Source of the DNA: Kiritimatiellia bacterium | Lineage (GTDB): Bacteria > Verrucomicrobiota > Kiritimatiellia > RFP12 > UBA1067 | Length of the DNA stretch: 64,000 nt | Reading direction: 5' to 3' | Assembly (NCBI GenBank): GCA_050949565.1 | Contig: JBMNFY010000010.1 | Span: forward strand, 1-64,000 | Part shown: positions 42,530 through 52,774 of the stretch, piece after piece | How positions within the stretch are numbered: the first letter of the stretch is position 1 | Layout: every line of letters begins with the position of its first letter | Notes under the pieces: model-generated | Databases searched by the model: none | What the model saw: the letters and a program-made list of their open reading frames with translations, nothing else | Told to the model about the DNA's origin: nothing | Translations under genes and position numbers: made by a program

Positions 42530-44434
42530 TCATGGAAGCGGAACGAGGTGGACGGCATGGCCACCGTTCATGGCCATGTCGGCGGTTAGGGTGTCGGCGG
42601 CGGTCACGCGGCGCGTGGCGCAGGTGACGCGCGTACGGTCGGAACCGCCCGGCGCACCGTCGCTGTAAAGAGCGGCGGTGTAGGTTTTGCCGGGCGTGAG
42701 GAACGAGAGGGGAATCTCCAGCGTGCGGCGCTCAAGGGCGTTGATGGTGCCGATGAACCAGTCGTTGCCGCTGCGTCGCGCGATCGATGCGTACGCGCCG
42801 ATCCGGCCGTGCAACACGCGCGTGTCATCCCAGACCGTCGGCATCTGTCGCCAGAAGTCCAGTTCCGGCTCGCCTTTATACATGCCGGGGTTGTCGTACC
42901 AGAAGAGAAACTGCCAAGGGCTGTAGGTGACGACGCCCAACGCGAGCTGGTGCGCCCGTGTGTTTTTGACGCGTCCGTTGTACCAGCAGGGCGTGTAGTC
43001 GCCGGGACCGCACAGATAACGGGTGAAGGGCAGTGCGCAATTGTGCGGCGCTTCCGGCATCTCTTCGTTGCCGCGGATGCCTTCGACCGTCATGACGTTG
43101 GGCCAGGTGCGCTGGTTGCCGGTGAGGCGGTATTCGTCATGGATGTCGATCATCATGCGCGCTTCGCCGGCTTTGCGGATGGCGTCTGAGAGCCAGACCG
43201 TCCACTTCTGGCTGCCGACGTTGACGAAACCGTACTTCATGCCGACGATACCCCACGAGGTGTAGAGCGGCAGCAATTCGTCGAGGCGGCGTTCCAGTTC
43301 GCGTCGGTTGACATAGAGGATGACGCCAATACCGTTCTCTTTGGCGTAGCGAATGACCTTGGGCAGGTCCAGCGGCCCTTTGGAGCGCTTGGGGTCAAGC
43401 GTGACGGTACGGGCGTCGGAAGCGTCATCGTACTCGTGGCCATACCAACCGGCATCGAATTCGATGTATTGCAGGTTCATGGTCTTGGCGAAGTCCACAC
43501 ACGCCAAGCCGCCCCTCGTGGTCAGAGAGGTTTCGCGGATGACCTTGCCGGGCTTGATCCACGAGGTGTCGGCGATCCGCGAGGGTTCGTTGAGGTTGAG
43601 GATGAAATCGTTGTTTTCCAGCAGGCGGCAGGCGTTGTCCGCCACCATGACGTAACGCCATGGGGATACGCCGGATTTTTTGAGCGAGACCGGGCCGTCG
43701 AGATCAGCCTTGAGCGTGTATGCCTTGCCGGGGGCCGGTGCGAATTTAATGCGGGCAAAATCGATGAGCGCCGCTTCGCCGATGGCGGCAACCGGGCCTT
43801 CGGTGGTCTCGACGGTGAGCGGACGCTCCGCACCCTTCTTCACGGTGGAAAGTGTTTCCGGCTTGTATTCGCCCTGAGCGAAGTAGACGGGCCAGGCACG
43901 ATGGTCACCGGTGAAGGTGAATTCGGTGAGTTCGTTTGTGATGGACGCTCGTAACCGAAGCGGTGCCGGCACAGCGTATCGGAAGGCGATTCCCGCGTTA
44001 TAGGCGCGGAACACGAACATGACAGCCGCGTCCGGGACGGCATGATGTTCCACGCCGAAACCCAACTCCCTGAAGTGGTCTGAGACAATGGCGCGTTCGC
44101 CGTACGGCGGTTTCCAGACAAGGTTGGTCTCATCTCGCAGCACATGCTCCGGGCGTATCGCAGCAAAACCTCGGCTCAGGTCGGTGCCGTCCGACAGCGC
44201 CACACCCAGGCGCGACGGCAGGATGACGGGCTTGCCTTTATAGTCGACACGGTAGGAGAGGCCGCCGTCCTCCCCCTGCATGAGCGTCACGCGCAGGTTG
44301 CCGTCGGGCGACGCGAGCGGAATCGCTTGCGTCGCCGCAGCGGCGGCGGCAAACAAAAGGAGGACGGCGCACGTTGCATGTCGAACGCCGAATATCGTAC
44401 GTCTCAGCGGGTTAAACATCGGGTTAAATTCCAT
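42530..44434 (-). CDS. GH97 glycoside hydrolase
   Basis: SPDG, FRAYNAGIAFRY, SPWR, TSWIKPGK, FDAGWY, IDIHDE, PFTRYLCGPGDYTP, TRAHQLA, PTVWDDT; start may be 44419. Confidence 0.92.
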   Translation of the reverse strand: MEFNPMFNPLRRTIFGVRHATCAVLLLFAAAAAATQAIPLASPDGNLRVTLMQGEDGGLSYRVDYKGKPVILPSRLGVALSDGTDLSRGFAAIRPEHVLRDETNLVWKPPYGERAIVSDHFRELGFGVEHHAVPDAAVMFVFRAYNAGIAFRYAVPAPLRLRASITNELTEFTFTGDHRAWPVYFAQGEYKPETLSTVKKGAERPLTVETTEGPVAAIGEAALIDFARIKFAPAPGKAYTLKADLDGPVSLKKSGVSPWRYVMVADNACRLLENNDFILNLNEPSRIADTSWIKPGKVIRETSLTTRGGLACVDFAKTMNLQYIEFDAGWYGHEYDDASDARTVTLDPKRSKGPLDLPKVIRYAKENGIGVILYVNRRELERRLDELLPLYTSWGIVGMKYGFVNVGSQKWTVWLSDAIRKAGEARMMIDIHDEYRLTGNQRTWPNVMTVEGIRGNEEMPEAPHNCALPFTRYLCGPGDYTPCWYNGRVKNTRAHQLALGVVTYSPWQFLFWYDNPGMYKGEPELDFWRQMPTVWDDTRVLHGRIGAYASIARRSGNDWFIGTINALERRTLEIPLSFLTPGKTYTAALYSDGAPGGSDRTRVTCATRRVTAADTLTADMAMNGGHAVHLVPLP

Positions 44435-45842
44435 AGCCGGGCAGGCGCTTGATGCGCAGCCGGGCGTTGGCGGCCGAACTGTTTTTAAAAGCTCGTTTAG
44501 TGAGGTCGAACTCCAGCCGTTTGCCGGGATCGAAAAGCGTGGCGAGCGCGACAAGTGACGCCTGTGTGATGTTCCCGGCGTAGGCGAAGTCCGAGCCGAC
44601 CGGTGCACCGCCCTTGATGGCGTCGAGCCACTCGTGGTAGGGGGAGCCCCCCTTCACGCGCGGGTAGCGCGGGGGCGGCAGGTCTTTGTTGGCACTTGAG
44701 GTGTCCACCAGTTTGCCGTCCTTGATAAGGCGGAGGTTTTTGGCACCGTGCGAACCGTAGACGATCACGCCGCTGTCACCGTAGATCACGCCGCCTTCAC
44801 CGCTCGGGCCGCTGTTGACGTACTTTTCCATGCGGGGGGCGAACTGGTCAGGCGGCAAGCCGTCGGGGCAGGGGACGGAGCGGTAGCATGGGCCGTCGTA
44901 CCACTTGACCGTGACGGGACCGCGCTTGTTCTTGGCAGGGAAGGAGAGCGTGAAGACGTCGCCTTTCGGGTAGGTGACACCGTGCTTGGCGGGATCCCAA
45001 TCGCCCAGCTCGTCCACGCGCACCGCCTCCGGCAGACCGAGGTCCAGCGCCCAGAAGATCGGGTCCATCAAGTGACAGGCCCAGTCGCCGAGCGTGCTGC
45101 AGCCGTAGTCGGTCCAGAAGCGCCAGCGTCCCGGCAGATAGAGCGGGCAGTAGGCGCGATGCGGCGCGACCGGTCCTTGCCAGAGTTCCCAGTCCAACTC
45201 TTTGGGGATCTCATGCGTCTTTTCCAGTTCGTCAAGCTTGTCCATGCAACTGTAGCTGGCGGGTGCCCAGAAGTGCGCCTCCTTGACGGTGCCGATGAGC
45301 CCGGCCTCGATCCACTCGCGGAAGGTGCGGATGGAGTCGTAAGCGTGCCCTTGGTTCATCGCCTGATTGACGAGCTTGCCGCCGTGCGCGGCAGCGATCA
45401 TCTGGTCGACCTCGCCGAAAGTCTGCGCCAGCGGTTTTTCGCACTGGACATGCTTGTTGCGGCGCAGACACTCGATCGACATCGCCGCATGCCAATGGTC
45501 AGGTGTGCCGATGGTCACGGCGTCGATCTGCTTATCGAGTTCGTCCAGCATCTTGCGGTAGTCTTTGAAAAAGGGCGCCTGCTTGAACTTCTCTTGCATC
45601 TTTCCAGTGCGGCGCGTATCGACATCACAGAGACCGACGATTTCAGCACCACAGCCGGCCAGCCCCGTGATATTGGAGACGGGGCGTCCGGCGCAGCCGA
45701 TCGCGGCAACACGGATCCGCTCGCTGGGCGGCGTCTGGCCGCTGCCCGCGATCACATAGCGCGGTACTACACTGAACACAGAACCGGCAGCCGCCGCGCC
45801 CCGCAGAAAGCTCCTGCGTGAAGATTTCATCTGACTCATCAT
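44424..45842 (-). CDS. Tat-exported Gfo/Idh/MocA family oxidoreductase
   Basis: SRRSFL, TPDHWHA, CEKPL, LDWELWQGP, LGDWACH. Confidence 0.92.
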   Translation of the reverse strand: MMSQMKSSRRSFLRGAAAAGSVFSVVPRYVIAGSGQTPPSERIRVAAIGCAGRPVSNITGLAGCGAEIVGLCDVDTRRTGKMQEKFKQAPFFKDYRKMLDELDKQIDAVTIGTPDHWHAAMSIECLRRNKHVQCEKPLAQTFGEVDQMIAAAHGGKLVNQAMNQGHAYDSIRTFREWIEAGLIGTVKEAHFWAPASYSCMDKLDELEKTHEIPKELDWELWQGPVAPHRAYCPLYLPGRWRFWTDYGCSTLGDWACHLMDPIFWALDLGLPEAVRVDELGDWDPAKHGVTYPKGDVFTLSFPAKNKRGPVTVKWYDGPCYRSVPCPDGLPPDQFAPRMEKYVNSGPSGEGGVIYGDSGVIVYGSHGAKNLRLIKDGKLVDTSSANKDLPPPRYPRVKGGSPYHEWLDAIKGGAPVGSDFAYAGNITQASLVALATLFDPGKRLEFDLTKRAFKNSSAANARLRIKRLPGYGI

Positions 45843-46085
45843 AACACTTCCCCCTTCGATGTTTCGTGACCTATGTCTAACGACGGGTTCTATTATGAAT
45901 CATGCGCGCAAACAGTCAACCCCGCAATTTTAGCTTCGGTTTTTTGTCGCTCATTACCCGCCCATTACTTATTGCCTCTCTCCGTCCCACTATTCGCTAT
46001 TTCCCATTTTAGAACCCGAACCCAGACTCCTGAACTCTTGATGTGGGGTAAATAAATTGCGTCATCGAAAAATCGAAAAACACTG

Positions 46086-46115
46086 TTGACAATGCCTGCC
46101 GGTGAGGCGTATGCT
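46086..46115 (+). promoter_or_regulatory. Putative sigma70 promoter upstream of the metalloprotease locus
   Basis: TTGACA-18 bp-TATGCT. Confidence 0.45.
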
Positions 46116-46471
46116 GACAGCGCGATTTCATAGAGAGTAGTGTGTGTTGAGGATACGGCACGTTGTTGTTCTCGCGATGACAGCGAGATATGACCAGAGG
46201 TGAGTGGCCGCGCGCGTTGCGGTCAGGCGTTTTACAGACAGTCTTGCACATTTTGATTTTGCGCTTACGCGCATTAACGCTTCATCTGAAACCACCAAGT
46301 TTAAGTTAGGAAGCGAGATGCACGGGGACGCGCCCGCTCGGGCGCGGCCTCTGTCTCGTGTTTCCTAACAGGTGCTTGGTGGTACCTCAGATGAGGCACA
46401 GATTGGGGTTCGCGCCTTTTTGTGGGGGCGCACGGAGCCCGGTGCGGCACGGGCGGCGGGGAGATAGCACG

Positions 46472-49210
46472 ATGGATGGAAATCTTTTTTGCGGCGGAAC
46501 GGATGTCGGCGGAACGGCGTTTATAGGACTGCCGGGCATTTTGGTTGTGGCGGCGTACGCGCTGTGCCTCGCGGTGTACATGTGGGAGCGGGGCGTGTTC
46601 CGCGGGTTCTGGGCAGACCGGCGGGAGACATGGGCGTCTTGGTCGCCCGTGTTGCGCATCCTCATGGTGGGTCTGCTGCTGACCTGTGTGAGGGACGGGC
46701 GCTGCACGAAGCCCGGCGGCGGGACGAACACCCCCGCCGCCATCGTCTGGCAGCCGGCCATGCAGGAAGGACAGGCGGCGGGAGCCCCGGCTGCCGCGCC
46801 GTCAGCCCCGTCGAACCAAACGTCTGGCGGCGCTACCGCCATGCCTGCGGGGGCAGGTGCGCCCGCTCCCGCGCTCCCGACGCTGGCGGACGGCACCAAC
46901 TGCTGGTGGATCGCCGAGGGACGCAGCCCGGCGGATACGGACATGGACGGCATGCCCGACGCTTGGGAGCGCATCTTCGGGCTTGACCCGCTCGATCCTT
47001 CCGATGCCGCCAGCGACCATGACCGCGACGGGCTGACCGCGCTGGAAGAGTTTCTGAACAGGACACACCCGCGGCGGCGGGACACAGACGGCGACGGCAT
47101 GCCCGACGCCTGGGAGGCGGCGCACCGGCCCTTCCTCTGCCCCTGGCTGCCGGACGACGCCCTGGACGCGGATGAAGACGGGCTGGACAACTTCCACGAG
47201 TACGCGCTGGGCTGCGATCCGGGCGACCCAGACTCCAATGATGACGGGCGGCCTGACGGCGAGGAGGCGGACGCGGGCGTGAACCCCCTCCTTGCGCATG
47301 CGGACTGGGCGGCCTACGGCACGGCCCTGTTCTCCGTGCGGGTTGACGGGCTGCGCGCCGCGCGCCGCGCGGGCGTGTCCGTCGGGCATATCACGCACTC
47401 GGGGGTGCAGGAACGCTCTTACGCCATAGCGGCGGGCTATCGCTACCCGCTGACGGTCGTCGATCTCGACCCCAGCAACACCGTCCCCTGCACGGGCACG
47501 GTGCGCATCACCCATGACAACGCCACGTTCATACACGGCTTCACCAATGAGTTCCCGGTGACGTTCCCGCTCTCCACCAACGCCCCGGCCTGTCCGCCCG
47601 GCACGGAGATGACCGTGGCCGGCATCGATCTCGACATCCCCGACATCATCTGCCTCGGCCCGGACAACAGCGCGTCCTTTTCCGTGTCGGCCAGCTTCGT
47701 GCCCGACGGCGAGGAGATCGCGGGGCAACCGCAGTGGTCCGTCAGCAGCGGGACCGCCACGCCGGAGAGCGGCAACATGGAGACATGGGTGAACGCGGTC
47801 TTCCCCGCGCCCGCGCAGCAGGCCCAGGGGGCACCCGCACCGATGGGCGCGGGCGTGGAAACAAACGGTTCGCCGTCGATCACGGCAGAGATCGGCGACA
47901 GAACCGTCACGCGCACGTTCGAGCCGTCCACGCCGGACGCCCCCGACGAACCAGACCCCTGGGACGGCCGGCGCTTCATCGCCAGCCCCTTCAGCGTCAC
48001 GGAACCGGTGTCGCCGACCTACGCGCTCGCGCACAGCAGCAATGCCGTGACGTTCGCGTGGCACGGGCACCGGGAGGACACGGTGCTGGAGTGGAGCATC
48101 AGCGGGGACGGGCCGCGCTTTATCAAGGACGGGCAGGAGGTGTCCAAGGTGACACGAGACCTCTCGGTCTCAGTCCTGCCGCGCGGGACGGTTTCAAACT
48201 TCAAGATCAGGGCGAAGGCCCGGACATTCACGGGCGCGATCATCACGCGGCAGACCGAACTGCGCGTGATCACCATCGTCGCCGAGCCGGTTCTGTCGTT
48301 CACGCCCGGCGCGCCGGTAAATCCCAGCGGTCTTTTCGTCGGCGGCTCCGCAACCTTCCAGATCACATTTTCATCGAACGTCAGGGCAGAGGATGTGCAG
48401 TGGTCCGCCGCCAACGGCAAGGCCGCGCTCGCCTTCGGCCCGCAAAGCACCGCGCCCCAGATCGTGGTCGGCCTCGCGCCGGGCACGGAAACGCTGGCCG
48501 CCAATATCACGCACTACGTCGGCCCGCCGCCGCAATTCAATTTCGAGGTGTACGCCCATGCCGACCCCATCCCCATTCATTTCATGTTCATCTGCGACAC
48601 GAACGGCTTCCACGCCGGATGGGCCTCAGCCATTCCCGGCCTCATCACGAATGTCAACCACATCTACCGCCAGGCGGGAATGAGCTTTACTCAAGCCTCC
48701 GTCGCGTACACGAACAACCAAGAGTGGTATCAGCATTCGGACAGCAATCATATCCAAAGAGCTATCGTTGATTCCCGCACGTTTAAGAAGGGGCTGGAGG
48801 TCTACATTGTCTCAAGGCTCGCGCCGGAGGTCGCCGGAAAAAATTGGACGGATCGAGGCATCTTGATGGTGGGTACCGGCTCTGCCCGCACCCTCGCGCA
48901 TGAGATCGGGCACCAGTGCGGGTTGTCTGACATCTACACCTCCGTGCTCGGCATGCCTCCGCTGACGATGCCGCTTTCACCGGATCATTTGACGCCGACC
49001 GACTGGAACAACGGGCCGGGGCCGCAGGAATACTATCCGCGCGGGTTGCCGCTGTCGACTGTGATTGAGCGGTGCCTGATGTTCGGGTACACGTCGGGCG
49101 GTTATGACCTGCCCATGGGCCGGGTTAAAGGGTACAATGTAAGCGGGATATTTCGTCCCGTCTCGGTCGGGGTACGGGGGATGAACCGCACCCCGGCTCA
49201 CGATCTATAA
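46472..49210 (+). CDS. Large exported protein with DxDxDG Ca-binding (thrombospondin-3-like) repeats and C-terminal metzincin-like Zn metallopeptidase
   Basis: Two N-terminal hydrophobic segments; DTDMDGMPDAWE, DHDRDGL, DTDGDGMPDAWE, DADEDGL; TLAHEIGHQCGLSD with downstream CLMFG (Met-turn-like); start uncertain. Confidence 0.8.
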   Translation: MDGNLFCGGTDVGGTAFIGLPGILVVAAYALCLAVYMWERGVFRGFWADRRETWASWSPVLRILMVGLLLTCVRDGRCTKPGGGTNTPAAIVWQPAMQEGQAAGAPAAAPSAPSNQTSGGATAMPAGAGAPAPALPTLADGTNCWWIAEGRSPADTDMDGMPDAWERIFGLDPLDPSDAASDHDRDGLTALEEFLNRTHPRRRDTDGDGMPDAWEAAHRPFLCPWLPDDALDADEDGLDNFHEYALGCDPGDPDSNDDGRPDGEEADAGVNPLLAHADWAAYGTALFSVRVDGLRAARRAGVSVGHITHSGVQERSYAIAAGYRYPLTVVDLDPSNTVPCTGTVRITHDNATFIHGFTNEFPVTFPLSTNAPACPPGTEMTVAGIDLDIPDIICLGPDNSASFSVSASFVPDGEEIAGQPQWSVSSGTATPESGNMETWVNAVFPAPAQQAQGAPAPMGAGVETNGSPSITAEIGDRTVTRTFEPSTPDAPDEPDPWDGRRFIASPFSVTEPVSPTYALAHSSNAVTFAWHGHREDTVLEWSISGDGPRFIKDGQEVSKVTRDLSVSVLPRGTVSNFKIRAKARTFTGAIITRQTELRVITIVAEPVLSFTPGAPVNPSGLFVGGSATFQITFSSNVRAEDVQWSAANGKAALAFGPQSTAPQIVVGLAPGTETLAANITHYVGPPPQFNFEVYAHADPIPIHFMFICDTNGFHAGWASAIPGLITNVNHIYRQAGMSFTQASVAYTNNQEWYQHSDSNHIQRAIVDSRTFKKGLEVYIVSRLAPEVAGKNWTDRGILMVGTGSARTLAHEIGHQCGLSDIYTSVLGMPPLTMPLSPDHLTPTDWNNGPGPQEYYPRGLPLSTVIERCLMFGYTSGGYDLPMGRVKGYNVSGIFRPVSVGVRGMNRTPAHDL

Positions 49211-49240
49211 TCCTGTGTGATGAAAACAAAGGAGGAAGCA

Positions 49241-50527
49241 ATGAGGATCAGGTGTGTCTTTCTGACTGTGACGGTGCTCGGCATGAGGGTGACTTCTTTT
49301 GGGCAATACATAAGCCCGACAGATTCCGGCGTGCGTATCCATAAGGTGACTCCGACGACGAGGCCGTGGTATGAACCGGACGACTCGCTGATGTCACTGA
49401 ACACAGGACTGAGCGCAGGACTCGGCTTTGAGAACGCGGACTGGATGATTCGTAACATGAAGGACGGGCTGATCGGAGAACAGTGTCCGCTTGCGTCGAC
49501 CTCCTCAGGCACGAGGGAATATATCACAGAAATTTCCGACGCGCTTCACCGGAGCGGGGATTCGCCGGAGATCACGAACACCCTGCATCAGTCATTGCTC
49601 ACCCCAAACAACCTCTACCGTGACATCATCCTGCACGCCTACATTATGGCCTCGCCTGTGCCGATGGCTTTTCTTGCGGAGACCGTGGTCAAGGAATTCC
49701 CCGCAGGACAGCGGAAGGCGTGGTACGCCGCAGCTACAGAGAAGGCCCTGTACGGGGACTCTTGGGAGGACTGCCTCATCGACCGCCCGTCGCGGGAGGT
49801 GCTGCGGTATTCGCACTTCCTGAACCGCGTCAAGGCCCTTGAAACAGACCCCGAGTGTCTGCGGGTCATCGGGAAACCCTTCGATCCCGGGCGGGAGGCC
49901 TTCCCGACGCTAGCGCCGGGCGGCGGAAAAAGGGCAGAGGACAGGCGCGTCGCGCCCAACGGAGCCGCGCGGTTCATCGCCCGGATCGCCCCGACAGTGC
50001 GGCCGTGGTACGAGGCGGACGACTCGCTACAGTCCGTCAACGCGAGGCTGGCGCACGGCAAGGACGGAGGGATGGTCGGCTTGATCGGGGCAGAACTCCT
50101 GTCGCGGGATACGCCGCTCGCTCGGACCTCCGGGGGGACGCCGGAGTATGTCGCGGAGCTTCTCGGCACCCTCTGGCGGAGCGGGGATTCGCCGGAGATC
50201 ACCAACATCCTGCACCAGGCCCTGCTCGCGCCGACCAACCATTACCGCGAGGCTACGTTCCGCGCCTACGTGATGGCCTCGCCCGTGCCGATGACGGTTC
50301 TCGCGGAGACCGTGGTCAAGGCGATCCCCCCAAAAGAAAGGGACGAGTGGTATGCCGGATCTGGATCGAAAAAACTGAAAACACAGAGCTGGATAGACCG
50401 CTCCATTGACCACCCGTCGCGGGAGTCGTTGCGGTATTCGCACTTCCTCAACCTGATCAAAGCCATCGAGACCGATCCCGAGTGTCTGCGGGGCCTCGGC
50501 GACATCGTTGATCCAAAGTGGGAGTGA
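49241..50527 (+). CDS. Secreted hypothetical protein with two internal ~185-aa repeats, paralog 1 (candidate immunity/inhibitor)
   Basis: AAGGAGG RBS, signal peptide ending SFG|Q; RPWYExDDSL…RSGDSPEITN…MASPVPM…PSRExLRYSHFLN…ETDPECLR occurs twice. Confidence 0.8.
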   Translation: MRIRCVFLTVTVLGMRVTSFGQYISPTDSGVRIHKVTPTTRPWYEPDDSLMSLNTGLSAGLGFENADWMIRNMKDGLIGEQCPLASTSSGTREYITEISDALHRSGDSPEITNTLHQSLLTPNNLYRDIILHAYIMASPVPMAFLAETVVKEFPAGQRKAWYAAATEKALYGDSWEDCLIDRPSREVLRYSHFLNRVKALETDPECLRVIGKPFDPGREAFPTLAPGGGKRAEDRRVAPNGAARFIARIAPTVRPWYEADDSLQSVNARLAHGKDGGMVGLIGAELLSRDTPLARTSGGTPEYVAELLGTLWRSGDSPEITNILHQALLAPTNHYREATFRAYVMASPVPMTVLAETVVKAIPPKERDEWYAGSGSKKLKTQSWIDRSIDHPSRESLRYSHFLNLIKAIETDPECLRGLGDIVDPKWE

Positions 50528-50572
50528 ATGCGCTTGCCGAAATCCTGTGTGATGAAAACAAAGGAGGAAGCA

Positions 50573-51886
50573 ATGAGAATCAGGTGTGTCTTTCTGACTG
50601 TGTTGGTGCTCGGCATGAGGGTGACTTCTTTTGGGCAATACATAGGCCCGACACTTTCCGCTTCGCTCATCCCTAGGGTGGCTCCGACGACGAGGCCGTG
50701 GTATGAACCGGACGACTCGCTGATGTCGCTGAACGCAGGACTGAGCGCAGAACTCGGCTTTGAGAACGCGGACTGGATGATTCGTAACATGAAGGACGGG
50801 TTACTCGGAAAAGAGGCGCCGTTTGCGTCAACCCTTTCGGGCACCAGGGAATATATCACAGAAATTTCCGACGCGCTTCACCGGAGCGGGGATTCACCGG
50901 AGATCACGAACACCCTGCATCAGTCATTGCTCACCCCAAACAACCTCTACCGTGACATCATCCTGCACGCCTACATTATGGCCTCGCCTGTGCCGATGGC
51001 TTTTCTTGCGGAGACCGTGGTCAAGGAATTCCCCGCAGGACAGCGGAAGGCGTGGTACGCCGCAGCTACAGAGAAGGCCCTGTACGGGGACTCTTGGGAG
51101 GACTGCCTCATCGACCGCCCGTCGCGGGAGGTGCTGCGGTACTCGCACTTCCTGAACCGCGTCAAGGCCCTTGAAACAGACCCCGAGTGTCTGCGGGTCA
51201 TCGGGAGTCCCTTCGACCCCGGGCGGGAGGTTTTCCCGACGCTAGCGCCGGGCGGCGGAGAGGGGGCCGGAGACGGGCGTGTCGCGCCTAACGCAGCCGC
51301 GCGGTTCATCGCCCGGATCGCCCCGACATCTAGGCCGTGGTACGAGGCGGATGACTCGCTGCAATCCGTCAACGCGAAGCTGGCGCACGGCAAGGACGGG
51401 GGGATGGTCGGCCTGATCGGGGCAGAACTCCTGTCGCAGGGAACGCCGTTCGCGCGGACCTCCGAAGGAACGCCGGAATATGTCGCGGAGCTTCTCGGCA
51501 CCCTCTGGCGGAGCGGGGATTCGCCGGAGATCACCAACATCCTGCATCAGGCCCTGCTCGCGCCGACCAACCATTACCGCGAGGCCACGTTCCGCGCCTA
51601 CGTCATGGCCTCCCCCGTGCCGATGACGGTTCTCGCAGAAACCGTGGTCAAGAGTTTCCCCCTTGAAGAGAGGAAGGCGTGGTATGCCAGATCCGGGTCG
51701 AAAATGTTGAACCCATACGACCCGATAATCCGCTCCATCGACCGCCCGTCCCGCGAGTCGTTGCGGTATTCGCACTTCCTCAACCGCGTCAAGGTTCTCG
51801 ATACCGACCCCGATTGTCTGCGGATCATCGGTGACCCCGTCGATCCGAAGTGGGAGTGTCAACAAGAGAGAAAGGATAAAAAATGA
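50573..51886 (+). CDS. Paralog 2 of the preceding gene (1332-bp tandem duplication)
   Basis: Identical upstream AATCCTGTGTGATGAAAACAAAGGAGGAAGCAATGAG at 49209 and 50541; same architecture. Confidence 0.8.
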   Translation: MRIRCVFLTVLVLGMRVTSFGQYIGPTLSASLIPRVAPTTRPWYEPDDSLMSLNAGLSAELGFENADWMIRNMKDGLLGKEAPFASTLSGTREYITEISDALHRSGDSPEITNTLHQSLLTPNNLYRDIILHAYIMASPVPMAFLAETVVKEFPAGQRKAWYAAATEKALYGDSWEDCLIDRPSREVLRYSHFLNRVKALETDPECLRVIGSPFDPGREVFPTLAPGGGEGAGDGRVAPNAAARFIARIAPTSRPWYEADDSLQSVNAKLAHGKDGGMVGLIGAELLSQGTPFARTSEGTPEYVAELLGTLWRSGDSPEITNILHQALLAPTNHYREATFRAYVMASPVPMTVLAETVVKSFPLEERKAWYARSGSKMLNPYDPIIRSIDRPSRESLRYSHFLNRVKVLDTDPDCLRIIGDPVDPKWECQQERKDKK

Positions 51887-52635
51887 TGACGATGCTGATG
51901 GGTGTTTTGCTGTGCTTTTTAGGCGCTTTTCATGCGTCTGCCGCTGTGGTGTCGCAATGCGAGACTGTCGCGGACAGAGTGCTCGTGAATGCGGATGGTC
52001 GTGTGCTGTCATGGATATCTTTGCGCGAAGGGGCGGCATGGAGCCCGGCCATCGCGGGGGCGACGTCTTGGGGATTGCCCGCGTTGGAAACGGAAGGGAT
52101 CACGTTCGATACGCTGGAAGCCCCGGCCTCGCCGTTCTGCTCCAGTGCCATTCCGGTTTCGACGCTCTTCATCGTAGCGTGTCCGGCAGAATCATCCAAT
52201 CACTTTGCCGCACTTGTCGAGGCCCCCGGGGCGGCTGTGACAGTGGCTGCCCGTGCTTTGCCGCTGACCTACGACCCCGAGGATGCCGAAGGGCTTTCCG
52301 TATGCGTCAACGGTCAACCGGTGTGGACGTTTCCCGACGGGCGGCATATCGTGGAGGTTGATTTCGCGCAGGCCGTGCCCGGCTGCGACCTTCGGATAGG
52401 CGGGGTCTCGGCATGCGCTTCATGGCGGCAATCGTGGCGCGGCCACATATCGGAGGTTGTCGCGTTTGACACGCCGCCCGATGAGACTGTCCGCCGGACT
52501 GTCCGAAGCTATCTCGCCCGCCGCCACGGTGTCGCGGGATACTTCCCGCCGCCCGGACCCGAGGCCGTTCTGCAGGCCATGTCGCTCGGCCTGTATACGC
52601 ACGCCCTTTTCTCAACGCAGTTGTTCATGCGATAA
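51883..52635 (+). CDS. Secreted protein with degenerate LamG-like domain
   Basis: Coupled to upstream stop (ATGA), signal peptide, WRGHISEVVAFD…VRSYLARRHG; ends STQLFMR. Confidence 0.7.
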   Translation: MMTMLMGVLLCFLGAFHASAAVVSQCETVADRVLVNADGRVLSWISLREGAAWSPAIAGATSWGLPALETEGITFDTLEAPASPFCSSAIPVSTLFIVACPAESSNHFAALVEAPGAAVTVAARALPLTYDPEDAEGLSVCVNGQPVWTFPDGRHIVEVDFAQAVPGCDLRIGGVSACASWRQSWRGHISEVVAFDTPPDETVRRTVRSYLARRHGVAGYFPPPGPEAVLQAMSLGLYTHALFSTQLFMR

Positions 52636-52774
52636 GTCACGTCTGCCACGTACTGTTTTTATTGGACTTTGTGATGCGTATAGGCGGTGCTCAACCCCGC
52701 AATTTTTCAACTTTCAACGCTCAACGTTCAAACGATGTGGTATAGTACCGGAACTGATGAAAGGGAAGACCGCT

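Noticed and set aside
49209-51856. Paralog pair as a DGR TR/VR pair
   Set aside because: Differences are not confined to adenines, both copies are whole genes, and there is no RT
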